Source: a virus
Virus record (IMG/VR): IMGVR_UViG_3300016665_000086
Span: 1 to 32,292 of that record
Length of the DNA: 32,292 bases
Strand: one strand, 5' to 3'
Below the pieces are notes generated by a model that was not told the DNA's origin, made no database searches, and saw only the letters and a program-made list of their open reading frames with translations. The position numbers were made by a program, and so were the translations under genes. Numbering within the stretch: the first letter of the stretch is position 1; every line of letters starts with the position of its first letter. Positions 21,675-30,756 of this stretch are shown piece after piece.

Positions 21675-22006
21675 GTCGTTATATCTTCAGTTACAATAAA
21701 TGCCCCCCGGACATATGTCACCACCACACCGGTGGCGAATGTAGCTTGCAGATCGTATTGATATGCACAGCCATCAAGTGCCACCACCTTGCTGACGGTC
21801 ACGACATTATTGCCGGCACCGCCCACGGTCAGACCATCCCCTTCAGCGAATGTCATCTTTAACTCACCATCCGGATGCGTCCTGACTTGCATCAGCACGG
21901 CCGCCGTTGACAAGTCTATGGCCACATTGCTGCCGTCCGTGATGGTGAACGTGAGCTGAAGGGTATCGCCTCGGTATGCTCTTATCGTATAGTTGCCGGG
22001 TGTCAT
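21671..22006 (-). CDS. Ig-like (BppU-type) tail accessory protein.
   Basis: YRGDTLQLTFTITDGSNVAIDLSTAAVLMQVR...YQYDLQATFATGVVVTYVRGAFIVTEDI. Confidence 0.4.
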   Translation of the reverse strand: MTPGNYTIRAYRGDTLQLTFTITDGSNVAIDLSTAAVLMQVRTHPDGELKMTFAEGDGLTVGGAGNNVVTVSKVVALDGCAYQYDLQATFATGVVVTYVRGAFIVTEDITT

Positions 22007-22470
22007 AGCTCTTTCATCTTTATCTCAATGTCATGTGGTGCTTTCTGATTGCCTCCGAAATATGGTCGGAGGAGATAGCCCCACCCTTGACGATACACCG
22101 GCACCGTGCATGCCATACCCCTGCCGTAAACTTGCAAGGTGTGGTTGCTCAAGCCCGGAGTCAGTACAAAGATATGCTCTCTGCCGATGGGTACCTGACC
22201 CATCATCTTCCAGCCTCTGTCACGATGTGCGTACCAGTAGGCAAAGATGTCCACATGATCATTGCTTGTATACCGCCATCCGAACCGGACGGAGTTCAGC
22301 TGATGGTGCGGGAAGTAGCCGATGCCGAAGAGCTTGTTGATGTCGCTCTGATCTTCCCCGATATTATACCGACATGACGGAGTAAACTCCACCGCATACC
22401 GCAATATCCTCGACTGCCCGATGATCTCAGGCAGTCTAAGAGATGCATGCGTGCCGGCTTTTATGATCAT
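22003..22470 (-). CDS. Hypothetical 155-aa protein in the tail module.
   Basis: ORF with coupled overlaps on both sides. Confidence 0.55.
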   Translation of the reverse strand: MIIKAGTHASLRLPEIIGQSRILRYAVEFTPSCRYNIGEDQSDINKLFGIGYFPHHQLNSVRFGWRYTSNDHVDIFAYWYAHRDRGWKMMGQVPIGREHIFVLTPGLSNHTLQVYGRGMACTVPVYRQGWGYLLRPYFGGNQKAPHDIEIKMKEL

Positions 22471-22868
22471 TGCTTGGGGGATGTGGCTGATGTGGCCGTT
22501 GACTTTGCCGCTTGCGTTGCCGCTCTCTGCTCCCTCTGCCTTACATTCAATTCACGCATCACCAATAAGACCGCACGATCATCATGGTTTGGCTTGTTTG
22601 CGTAGTCCTGATATTTCGCCCCCGTCAGTTCTACATTTCCGCTCGTCACCACTGCTCCGGTGCTATCCGACAACGTGTAATAGAACCGGGCAGTCGTAGC
22701 AAGGTCATCCCATACGCAAACGACATCAATGTCATCGGCATCGTACACGACCCCGTTCTGCCAGACCTTTACCTTGTCAATGGGACGTTTGTGGCTCTTG
22801 GTAGAATCCGTCTGCGAATAGGATGCAAAGGATAAGGCGACAAACGCCAATACAATCAGTCTTTTCAT
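22467..22868 (-). CDS. Secreted hypothetical protein (133 aa).
   Basis: Signal peptide MKRLIVLAFVALSFASYSQ. Confidence 0.55.
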   Translation of the reverse strand: MKRLIVLAFVALSFASYSQTDSTKSHKRPIDKVKVWQNGVVYDADDIDVVCVWDDLATTARFYYTLSDSTGAVVTSGNVELTGAKYQDYANKPNHDDRAVLLVMRELNVRQREQRAATQAAKSTATSATSPKQ

Positions 22869-23068
22869 TTTTTATCGGTTGTGTTTTGTTGGTTGACTTG
22901 CTGAACGATTTTAATGCGAATGGTCTCCGATGTTTTGGCAGGCAGTTCTCCAAGCGCATCATATACCACTTGAAGTTCCTGCGCTGTCAGTTCCAACTTG
23001 TACGATTTCGGGGCGGGCTGGAACGACATTGCCGCCATGATTGTGATGAGTGTGAGTGTCTTTTTCAT
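22865..23068 (-). CDS. Secreted hypothetical protein (67 aa).
   Basis: The N terminus MKKTLTLITIMAAMSF is signal-like. Confidence 0.5.
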   Translation of the reverse strand: MKKTLTLITIMAAMSFQPAPKSYKLELTAQELQVVYDALGELPAKTSETIRIKIVQQVNQQNTTDKK

Positions 23069-23077
23069 TGTATAAAG

Positions 23078-24238
23078 TTAATCATTTGTCGTCTTGGCAT
23101 GAAGGTAGTACACCGTTCCGTCTATCTCTACTCGGATGGTTCTATTGGGCGATGTAGGCGATACCGTTGCCGCTTCGCCTATCTTCCATGGTTTAATACT
23201 TCCGCCTGATGGTGCACCAGTTGTGATGCTTCCGGTATTATAGATATTCCCCGAAATTTGAAGCTTGTAATCACCTGCATCTGTCGTCGTATTTATGAAA
23301 AATTCTTTCGCAGATGTGATTCTGAAAACTTCAACTGGTGCTGCACTTGACCAATCTGTACTTAAATTAAAAGATAAAATACCGCGACTTTCTGCACCAT
23401 CTCTTTGCATGGTTATATTTCCAACATCATATGATGCAAATCTTTGACGAAATGCAAATTTTGTTCCATTTGATACAACATCGTCCCATGCAGTTGAACT
23501 ATATGTTGCAGATACATTGCTTGTTCCGGCTACTACACCAATGTCAAGTTTACCGTTAGGGGAAGTGATTGTGCCAAGTCCTAAATTACCGGAATATAAA
23601 ATTTTAGCCCCATCTTCTGTAATCCCTGAATTACCAACACTTGTAGAAGATGTAAATTTTGTAACAGTATTTGTTGTACCGGTTCCAGTAATTGGATTTG
23701 TCAGTATATTTTGTTTTGATGCAGCAAGTGAGTCAACTGCTTTCTGCACTCTTGATCGTGTAGATAATGCAGCACTATCAACTAAAAATGCTTGATCGCT
23801 TTTTATTAAGCCATATCCTGCGTGGCGGATGTATGGAATGAGCATTGCAGTCGTATCTGATTTGCGAAGATATGGAGCAAGCATCGATGCCGTATCCCCT
23901 GAACTTATTGCAGTACCACCAGTTCCTGCCATCTCTGCCCATTTTACCCCGACTGAATCCCAGTACAAGAATTTATTCTTCTGCACTGAAAAGATAAGTA
24001 GACCGTTCCGCTTGTTTGCGCTGAATGATGCGGTGTCCACCACCATTGGTGGCATCATGCCTCTTGTTGCCCCGTAACGTGGGCCGATGCTAAAATATGC
24101 CGCCGTATCTGTGACGGTGTTGCGCCCTGCGCTCATGCGGTTGGCAAAAACATAGTCCGGCACGGGATTGACTTGCTGAGCTGATGCTTGAACTGTTGCA
24201 AAAAATGCAACAAGTGTGAGTAGTCGTTTCATATTCAT
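23078..24238 (-). CDS. Tail-fibre-like protein with an N-terminal signal-peptide-like segment (386 aa).
   Basis: The N terminus is MNMKRLLTLVAFFATVQASAQQ. The body is Gly/Ser/Thr-rich. The central third is encoded by a low-GC block. Confidence 0.5.
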   Translation of the reverse strand: MNMKRLLTLVAFFATVQASAQQVNPVPDYVFANRMSAGRNTVTDTAAYFSIGPRYGATRGMMPPMVVDTASFSANKRNGLLIFSVQKNKFLYWDSVGVKWAEMAGTGGTAISSGDTASMLAPYLRKSDTTAMLIPYIRHAGYGLIKSDQAFLVDSAALSTRSRVQKAVDSLAASKQNILTNPITGTGTTNTVTKFTSSTSVGNSGITEDGAKILYSGNLGLGTITSPNGKLDIGVVAGTSNVSATYSSTAWDDVVSNGTKFAFRQRFASYDVGNITMQRDGAESRGILSFNLSTDWSSAAPVEVFRITSAKEFFINTTTDAGDYKLQISGNIYNTGSITTGAPSGGSIKPWKIGEAATVSPTSPNRTIRVEIDGTVYYLHAKTTND

Positions 24239-25065
24239 TTAGATATCACGTTTATGATCTCTCCTGCCAAAAGCGGCAGTTCAAAGTATATCTTTTGCCC
24301 TGGCTGATATACCACGCACTCGTTCGGCGGCACATTGCCCACGATCGGAACACCGTTGATGTTTGCTGTGCCGGCCACACTCTCGCTGAAGGATGTGATG
24401 TAGAGCGCTTCGGTAAGGTATGTCTGGATGTCGGATGGCATGACATTTAATGCCGTGAAGTTATAGGATGCGGCCACCGCAGGAAGTGAAGGCTGTGCCG
24501 TTGTGCTTTCCTGCTCCAGCACGATGTAATTCACTGCGCTGATGGTCACGTAGTACCCATTCTTCCACTTCTCTTTCCCGACAAGGTTCGTCAGCGTTGT
24601 GGTCAGGTCATCGATCACCACCTCAAGCTCGTTCGTACTTTGTGCCGTTGCCGTCACGGACACACCCCACGTCTGCGCATTTACAGCCGCTACAAGGCCG
24701 TCACGCACATCGGTGGCAGTGTCACCCGCCTGCGAGGTGTAAACGGCAAGGATGGAGCCGAAATAGAGCGTATATGTCCATCCCGCGGATGGCGATGGGC
24801 CGACCCTGAATACATAAGTGCGATCAGTTGAGCCGATCACTTCACTGATCTCGATGAGGAACGTGCCAGGAGGCCGCGTCTGGGGTCTGACCCCATACCA
24901 TTGGTATGCTTTTATATCCTCGCTGTTCATACCCGTGTTGAATTGCGTAGAGTGCTTCACCCCGATGCCATTGCGATCGACCACCATGACATCAGCGGCC
25001 ACAATGCCACTTGTGTCAACGTATGACTGAGCTGCCGGAACTATGTATGTTTTTACGCTAACCAT
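24235..25065 (-). CDS. Hypothetical tail/baseplate protein (276 aa).
   Basis: ORF in the distal tail module with coupled overlaps. Confidence 0.55.
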   Translation of the reverse strand: MVSVKTYIVPAAQSYVDTSGIVAADVMVVDRNGIGVKHSTQFNTGMNSEDIKAYQWYGVRPQTRPPGTFLIEISEVIGSTDRTYVFRVGPSPSAGWTYTLYFGSILAVYTSQAGDTATDVRDGLVAAVNAQTWGVSVTATAQSTNELEVVIDDLTTTLTNLVGKEKWKNGYYVTISAVNYIVLEQESTTAQPSLPAVAASYNFTALNVMPSDIQTYLTEALYITSFSESVAGTANINGVPIVGNVPPNECVVYQPGQKIYFELPLLAGEIINVISK

Positions 25066-25742
25066 CAGGCAACATAGATTACAAGGATGTATTCGTCAAC
25101 CCCAAGAGCCATGCCGAACTCAAGCGACCCGGCACCGGAGTTGAATTTAACCTGACTGCCGGTAGGACTGCCGGCGGTGATGACTTGAAGGCCAATGCCG
25201 TTGCGCCGGATGTCAAGCACATCCACACCGATGAGCGTGGCATCACTGATGACGGTCTCGCCACCGGTGGCAGTGTAATCCCAAGAGTCAACATCTGTGA
25301 GCGCATCGTTGATGGGGGTTTGATTAAACTCAGGATCGCCCGACATCGTCAGTGTGAACGAGTACGTGGCGAACTGACCGACTGTGCCTGATAGCGTCAC
25401 CTCATCAATCAGGCAAGGCACATCGTAGGTCTTCTGATTGTTCTGCGGGTCGGTGAGCGTATAACGGGTCAGGACGATGATGTGATCGGTCTGAAAATTC
25501 AGAAGGTCGAAGATGGAATATTTGCCGGTGCCTGCATCAATCTTCACAATGCCGTTGCCGGAGATAGTGCCGGAGGTGCGGCCATAGATGAATGATCGCC
25601 ATTTGCCGGTCGTGTACGGCGCAAGCTCTATCTTGTCAGTCGTTTGGGTGATGGTGACCTCTTTGGCGCAAGCGAAGGGATAGTAAGATGTCCCAAGCTT
25701 CGCATAAAAGACCACATTTTCTCCCTTTACCGGATCGGCCAT
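25065..25742 (-). CDS. Tail-tube-fold paralogue (Dit-like or second tube-like protein).
   Basis: GENVVFYAKLGTSYYPFACAKEVTITQTTDKIELAPYTTGKWRSFIYGRTSGTISGNG follows the major-tail-protein pattern also seen in 30310..30747. Confidence 0.45.
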   Translation of the reverse strand: MADPVKGENVVFYAKLGTSYYPFACAKEVTITQTTDKIELAPYTTGKWRSFIYGRTSGTISGNGIVKIDAGTGKYSIFDLLNFQTDHIIVLTRYTLTDPQNNQKTYDVPCLIDEVTLSGTVGQFATYSFTLTMSGDPEFNQTPINDALTDVDSWDYTATGGETVISDATLIGVDVLDIRRNGIGLQVITAGSPTGSQVKFNSGAGSLEFGMALGVDEYILVIYVA

Positions 25743-25744
25743 GA

Positions 25745-27853
25745 TTATTCGTAATAATAGTCAAAGGTATGCACATCTGTCGCGCCTGGTTCATTATCTG
25801 CGATCGTGGTGTCCACAATTTCGATCAATGTGGCCGACCATGTGCATGACATGAAATCAATCTCTTTCAGGTTCGTGATGGCGAAAATCTTGGTCGGTGC
25901 GTCATCCACAAATTTGATCGTGTTGATTATGCCGATGGGGTAAGTGACATCGAACTGATCTTTCCACTTCAATCCGAACAGATTGACATCAAGCTTCGTC
26001 TTGTAGCCTCGGTTCATGTACCACTTCGCAAGTGCGTGTTGGCGTTTAAAGGTCAGCCGCTCGTCTGTTGTCACATCGCCATTGAAGTCGGTGCGGCGAT
26101 ACCACTGATCGCCCGTGAGAGTTACACCATCCGTCTGCAAGATCGCCCCGCGGTAGTTTTGGCTTTGCGAGTCATCAAGGAAGACTGTTTCTTCTTCTGT
26201 CTTGACCACATCACGCTCGATGGTGTACTTATCATAATCGCCTTTGATGACACGATTGCGCTGAAGACTGATCGTGTTCACAATCTCAACGGTCAAGTCG
26301 CTAAATTGGCACTCCTCGGTCGCTGCCACCGGTGCCGGGACATAGGAATTGAGTTGCAGCCCATTTGTGAGATATACTTCAATCCATCCGTCAATAGGCA
26401 TCTGCTCGGTCTCGAACTCTATGGTGTCCCAATCCTTTGAGCTCTTGCCTGATGGGAAGTTGGTGTATATGCCTTGCGATACACCTGACGGATTGTAGGT
26501 CTGCCATGTGTCATCGCTGAACCGGTGGAAGTATGTTGTGGTGCCATTTGTCAGCAATATCTTGCCGATCTCAAGCAAGTTGCTGTTCGGGGAAAATTCA
26601 GTTGATGTGCGGAAGTTAACGCTGAACTTCATCACGTCCTGGAACTTGACAAAGAAGCGACATGAGTACGCCTCTGTGTTCAATGCGGATGTTACCCCCG
26701 GCGGGACGGTGACATTGCTTCCGCCGATGTAGAGGTAATCATTCCGCAGGCCATTTACTGAATACTCCTGCCGTCTTCCAAGCGGTGCGGTATTGGTTGT
26801 TGCGCCTCGCGTTCCGTATTGGTACGCCACCCAAGACTCTACGGTGTACTCATCGAAGTTTATGTTGATCGTGTTGCCAGCACCGTCTTGCTCTGTCTTT
26901 GTGCCGCTTTGCACGTAGTCACCGTACTGAAACGATTGATTGCAGATGAGTTGATTGTGTGGAGTCCAGTCGTAGTTGATCTGTGTCGATTTGCTTGGCT
27001 TGATTACAGTTTTCAGCATCTCCGGCACGATCGGCTTGACATCCTCCTGCACACCGACCTCAATGTCGTACCGCTTGTTGACTGCCTGCCGATTTCCTAC
27101 CGTTGGCCGGTTGGTATTGAACCCGACAAGATTCCCCGTGCGGAAAAGTTCAGGGATGCGCAGGATCACCCATAAAGAATTCCATTGGAATAATGTTTGA
27201 CTCCATGCGCGGTTGATCTTCTCAAGCACGGTGTAGCCATTGTCAAAGACCCCCGGTGACTGCTCAAATGTCCGTGCATCAATCAGACACTGGTCAATGC
27301 CAGTCTGATTGGATGCCGATGACATCGATGTGTGGAAAAGATTCGAGTAAATGCGTGTGTAAAAGAAGTTTCCGATGACATCATCAGCGGCGTATTGGAT
27401 GTAATTGAATGGCGTGTAAGTACCTATCAGTTCCGCGCCGGTGCCATCGTTCAGTTGTTGTGTTTGTAGCCGACCGAAGCCTTCATCTGCTCGCAGGGTC
27501 AGGATGTGGTTCGTGCTAATCCATGTCTCTTCGATATCCTCCTGAGATAAGATGCCCGACCAATAACTGCCAAAGTCATCGAAGTCAAAGCGCACCGTGA
27601 TATCGGTATCGTTGTCGGTAAGAAAGTCTTCCAGCGATACACCCCCGGCAGATGCCAATACCTGAATGGTGGCTTGTTGCGGTCGGATGGGCTTAAATAA
27701 ATCAAAGTCCTGGTTGAACTCCCCCAATACGAACGGCTGCGGCCCTCCGTACAAGCGGATGGGTGCATCGTTGTAATCCTCGAAGATAAAGTTGACCGTA
27801 CAGAGATCACCCTGCACGTTCTCGAATTCCATGAAGAACTTGACTGCTGCCAT
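25745..27853 (-). CDS. Large distal tail / baseplate hub protein (702 aa). The call is based on position.
   Basis: It lies immediately downstream of the tape measure, with a TAATG overlap. Confidence 0.5.
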   Translation of the reverse strand: MAAVKFFMEFENVQGDLCTVNFIFEDYNDAPIRLYGGPQPFVLGEFNQDFDLFKPIRPQQATIQVLASAGGVSLEDFLTDNDTDITVRFDFDDFGSYWSGILSQEDIEETWISTNHILTLRADEGFGRLQTQQLNDGTGAELIGTYTPFNYIQYAADDVIGNFFYTRIYSNLFHTSMSSASNQTGIDQCLIDARTFEQSPGVFDNGYTVLEKINRAWSQTLFQWNSLWVILRIPELFRTGNLVGFNTNRPTVGNRQAVNKRYDIEVGVQEDVKPIVPEMLKTVIKPSKSTQINYDWTPHNQLICNQSFQYGDYVQSGTKTEQDGAGNTININFDEYTVESWVAYQYGTRGATTNTAPLGRRQEYSVNGLRNDYLYIGGSNVTVPPGVTSALNTEAYSCRFFVKFQDVMKFSVNFRTSTEFSPNSNLLEIGKILLTNGTTTYFHRFSDDTWQTYNPSGVSQGIYTNFPSGKSSKDWDTIEFETEQMPIDGWIEVYLTNGLQLNSYVPAPVAATEECQFSDLTVEIVNTISLQRNRVIKGDYDKYTIERDVVKTEEETVFLDDSQSQNYRGAILQTDGVTLTGDQWYRRTDFNGDVTTDERLTFKRQHALAKWYMNRGYKTKLDVNLFGLKWKDQFDVTYPIGIINTIKFVDDAPTKIFAITNLKEIDFMSCTWSATLIEIVDTTIADNEPGATDVHTFDYYYE

Positions 27854-29634
27854 TAGCCTACCCGATTTATGCGTGCGTTGCTTGAGTTCAGTACCCCGAC
27901 AAGATCAGTTCCGCGCTGCGTGAATACTACCTGGCCGGCAAGTTGCAAACCGCCGCCGAAGCCGCCAACACCTCCGAACGTGGGAGCAGCCGCGCCACCA
28001 ATCCGCAGACCGCCGCCACCGCCCGCGCCGCCAAGTTGCAGCGCACCACGAAAGGCAGTGCCGAAGTTGATGGTGCCACCGGATGCGGCTGATATGACAA
28101 GCGCGAAGGCAGCAGCCTTCACCGTTGCCTTGATCAAATCTATGACGAGCTTCTTGAACGAATCCCCGAGCGACTTGATGACACTCTGCCCGTTCTCGAT
28201 GGCAGAGAATACGCCATCAATGGCCGGCGATATGACCGAGCTGAATGCCGCACCGGCTTGAATGCCTGCATCGCGCAGTCGGTTCACGTTGTCGATGGCA
28301 GCCTGAATAGCTGCCGGCGGGATGATCGTGAAGTCACGGCCAAGCCTTCCTTGAGATGGGGCAAGTGCTTCCTGGAAGGCATCCCCGACCGGGGCAAATA
28401 TCTGCGCGTACTTGCTTCGCGCTTGTGCCGGGTCGAGATCGAAGAAGGATGTAAAGTCAAGCGTCTGACGCTGGCCGGCTTCCGCCAAGATTGCCGCAAG
28501 TGACTTGCGTCTTGCTTCAGCTTGCCTATTCAATTCAGCAGTCAATCTTGCAGCGGCCTCGGCTTCTTTTTTATCTTGCTCTGCTTTCTTTCTTTGCGCT
28601 TCGTTGGCCGCATTGATCGGAGCAGTGATATTGTTGTATGAAGTAACGGACTTGTTCAACTCACCGTTCAATTCTTTAATGCGGTCTCGCAATTCATTGA
28701 CGGCAGTGTTCTGCTGAATATAGGCTTCAGTCGCGTTGATGGCGGCAGATCCTGCGCGCGATTGTTCGGCTGCTTGTGCGAGACCTGGAAGCGTCTGCGA
28801 TACCTTATTTTGAGCCGCAGCAGTTTCGCCAAGCCTTGTGATCAATTTACCGAGGACGCGCTCTTGTTTAGCAAGTTCAACGCTTGTAGCTGCTATCTCA
28901 CTCTCGAACGCTTTCGAGATGGCAGCCTGAACATTTGCCCGCGTGTAGGCATCAACGGCTTCTGTAAGTTTTCCAATCTTTACACTTTCATCATCGAGAT
29001 CGCCGAAGTATGTTTTGTTGATCTTGGCAAGCTCATTCAGTGCATTGTTCCGCTGCAAATAGCTTGCAGTCGTGCTATTTACAATGCCGGCGAGTGCCTG
29101 CACCCTGCTGATCTCTCCTTGCGCACTCCCAGCCGCATTCGACTGAATGGTGGCGCTTGTCTTTAATTCCTTGTTGAATTTTGCATAAGACTCAGCCGCT
29201 GACCTTATCTCACCATTGAGAGCATCCTGCTTCCCAAATAGCGCATCAATCGCACCGCCCAGACTGCCATATTTCTGAATGGCCACTGTGACCGCAGAAC
29301 TGACAAGTGAAAAGCCAAGAAGTACACCGGTAGGGCCCAACAAACTTCCACCGATTGCTTTCAATGCACCCTTCAAACCACCGCTCTCCTTGCCCAATGA
29401 TTGGAAGGATTGAATGAGTGGCTCAATATTGTTCTGAATTGCTATGAATCCAAAAGGAGCATCAGATGCTACCCTTCCCAAATTTGACAAGGCAAGCCCT
29501 GCTTTTGCAGATGATGGAGCAATAAGCCCTATCTTCTTTTCAAAGTCGTCAATTTCTTTCCGAGCTTGCCGAAGTGCGGCAGACATATCTTTTGTGTCTG
29601 CGCCGATAAATATTGTTAATGCTTCGTTAGCCAC
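27853..29634 (-). CDS. Tail tape measure protein.
   Basis: 593 aa, Ala/Gln-rich and helical, with hydrophobic glycine-zipper segments and a Gly-rich C terminus (GGAGGGGGLRIGGAAAPTFGGVGGFGGG). It has a GTG start and follows the frameshifted chaperone. Confidence 0.85.
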   Translation of the reverse strand: MANEALTIFIGADTKDMSAALRQARKEIDDFEKKIGLIAPSSAKAGLALSNLGRVASDAPFGFIAIQNNIEPLIQSFQSLGKESGGLKGALKAIGGSLLGPTGVLLGFSLVSSAVTVAIQKYGSLGGAIDALFGKQDALNGEIRSAAESYAKFNKELKTSATIQSNAAGSAQGEISRVQALAGIVNSTTASYLQRNNALNELAKINKTYFGDLDDESVKIGKLTEAVDAYTRANVQAAISKAFESEIAATSVELAKQERVLGKLITRLGETAAAQNKVSQTLPGLAQAAEQSRAGSAAINATEAYIQQNTAVNELRDRIKELNGELNKSVTSYNNITAPINAANEAQRKKAEQDKKEAEAAARLTAELNRQAEARRKSLAAILAEAGQRQTLDFTSFFDLDPAQARSKYAQIFAPVGDAFQEALAPSQGRLGRDFTIIPPAAIQAAIDNVNRLRDAGIQAGAAFSSVISPAIDGVFSAIENGQSVIKSLGDSFKKLVIDLIKATVKAAAFALVISAASGGTINFGTAFRGALQLGGAGGGGGLRIGGAAAPTFGGVGGFGGGLQLAGQVVFTQRGTDLVGVLNSSNARINRVG

Positions 29635-30285
29635 CTTGCTCCTTTGACCGCAATTTACGAAACATCTCGGCGATGTCTGCTTCTGTCACCCCGGTGTCCG
29701 CGTCACCCGGCAATCTCCATAGTGCTTCAGGACTATCCGGCACCTTCTTTGGGTCTCCCCACATCTTTGCCATCATGTACATGACAAGCCGCGTGTTGCG
29801 GTAGTCGTGAATGAGTCGCTCTTGATAGCCTTCAATGATGAGCGAGACTTCACGGAAGGTCAGCGCATCATAATCGCTGCGACCTATCTCACCGGTGACG
29901 TGCGCTCTTAATTTGTCCCACCCTTCTTGCGTGTCGAGGTCGAACTTTTTTTTTGCTCTTCCTGCGGGGCTTGTTTGGTGGGCTGAAGAAACTTGGAGTC
30001 GTAGAAGGCCTGCAAGATTGGCGTGAAGATATCAGGAGTGGATATATTGCTATCAACGAAGTCCACCACATCCTCGAAGGTAAAGTCCGGGTCTTCCTTC
30101 TTGATGTAACAGTTGTTGAAAAGCCCCCAGTAAATGATAACGGGCACGGCGGCAAGGTCTATCGAGTTGTCCCCGAAGACCTTGCCTAACTTTTGCATCT
30201 CCATGCCTATTTGCTGGACTGCCAGCATGCCGAACTTCAAACCCCTGGTACGGCCAAGGATCTCGGCTTGTATGTAACCGTTCAT
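29627..30285 (-). CDS. Tail assembly chaperone -1 frameshift product (gpGT-like, about 219 aa).
   Basis: The -1 frame is open from 30031 to the TAA at 29627..29629. It has no ATG before about 29780. It fills the otherwise ORF-less gap 29635..29907. My own translation after the slip: KFDLDTQEGWDKLRAHVTGEIGRSDYDALTFREVSLIIEGYQERLIHDYRNTRLVMYMMAKMWGDPKKV... Its stop overlaps the tape measure GTG start. Confidence 0.75.
29908..30285 (-). CDS. Tail assembly chaperone (gpG-like, zero frame).
   Basis: 125 aa, lying between the tube gene and the tape measure. It ends just after an A9 run. Confidence 0.75.
   Translation of the reverse strand: MNGYIQAEILGRTRGLKFGMLAVQQIGMEMQKLGKVFGDNSIDLAAVPVIIYWGLFNNCYIKKEDPDFTFEDVVDFVDSNISTPDIFTPILQAFYDSKFLQPTKQAPQEEQKKSSTSTRKKGGTN
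29946..29954 (-). promoter_or_regulatory. Slippery A9 tract for the -1 programmed ribosomal frameshift.
   Basis: Minus strand, zero frame: GAG CAA AAA AAA AGT. After a -1 slip it reads AAA AAA AAG TTC. Confidence 0.7.
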
Positions 30286-30309
30286 AATTGTGTGTGTTGT
30301 GTGATGCGA

Positions 30310-30747
30310 TTATGGAGTGATGTCAAGCGTACCGGTGGACTGAATCGTCCCGGAGAAGTTGACATACGCACCGCCGGCAGCATCTTGGTTCAGCACCAGG
30401 TCGGTAATATAAGCCTCGCACTGGTGGTAGTACACCGTTCCAACCGATGCACCGGTGACGGTTGGATTCTGAAAACGCACCGTGATCTTCGTCTTGTTCA
30501 CCGATGCAGTCAGCAAATCCTTGTAACTAACTTGAGATACGGACGGAGCTACTTCGCAAACGGCATCGAATGAGAAGGAGAAACCAGGATCGCCAACACT
30601 TGTCAGCTTGCCGCAATTCGTTTCATCTTCCGTTACGCTTACCGTGGTGTTCACCGATGACGTGCGCAGGCAGACGAGTGTCTTGTAAGATGTGCCGCCG
30701 GCTGTATCGATCTCGATGTTCTGGACGGAGCCTTGTATTTGTCCCAT
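30310..30747 (-). CDS. Major tail (tube) protein.
   Basis: 145 aa, directly upstream of the chaperone pair. It carries the tube-like pattern NIEIDTAGGTSYKTLVCLRTSSVNTTVSVTEDETNCGKL. Confidence 0.65.
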   Translation of the reverse strand: MGQIQGSVQNIEIDTAGGTSYKTLVCLRTSSVNTTVSVTEDETNCGKLTSVGDPGFSFSFDAVCEVAPSVSQVSYKDLLTASVNKTKITVRFQNPTVTGASVGTVYYHQCEAYITDLVLNQDAAGGAYVNFSGTIQSTGTLDITP

Positions 30748-30756
30748 TTCGTTGGT

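Noticed and set aside
3966-25818. Other nested minus-strand ORFs: 3966..4271, 4482..4718, 5986..6177, 7398..7589, 10096..10305, 11005..11229, 15653..15898, 16156..16407, 18414..18629, 18969..19187, 19346..19543, 19824..20042, 21356..21538, 22777..22962, 24252..24446, 25079..25306, 25636..25818, 27499..27810, 28284..28499 and 31741..31956.
   Set aside because: All are alternative frames embedded in longer ORFs with clear identities. None has a recognisable motif.
29889-30155. The 88-aa ORF in the third frame inside the tail chaperone gene.
   Set aside because: This is neither the chaperone frame nor the -1 frameshift frame. It is Pro/Ser/Arg-rich and lies entirely inside a supported gene.
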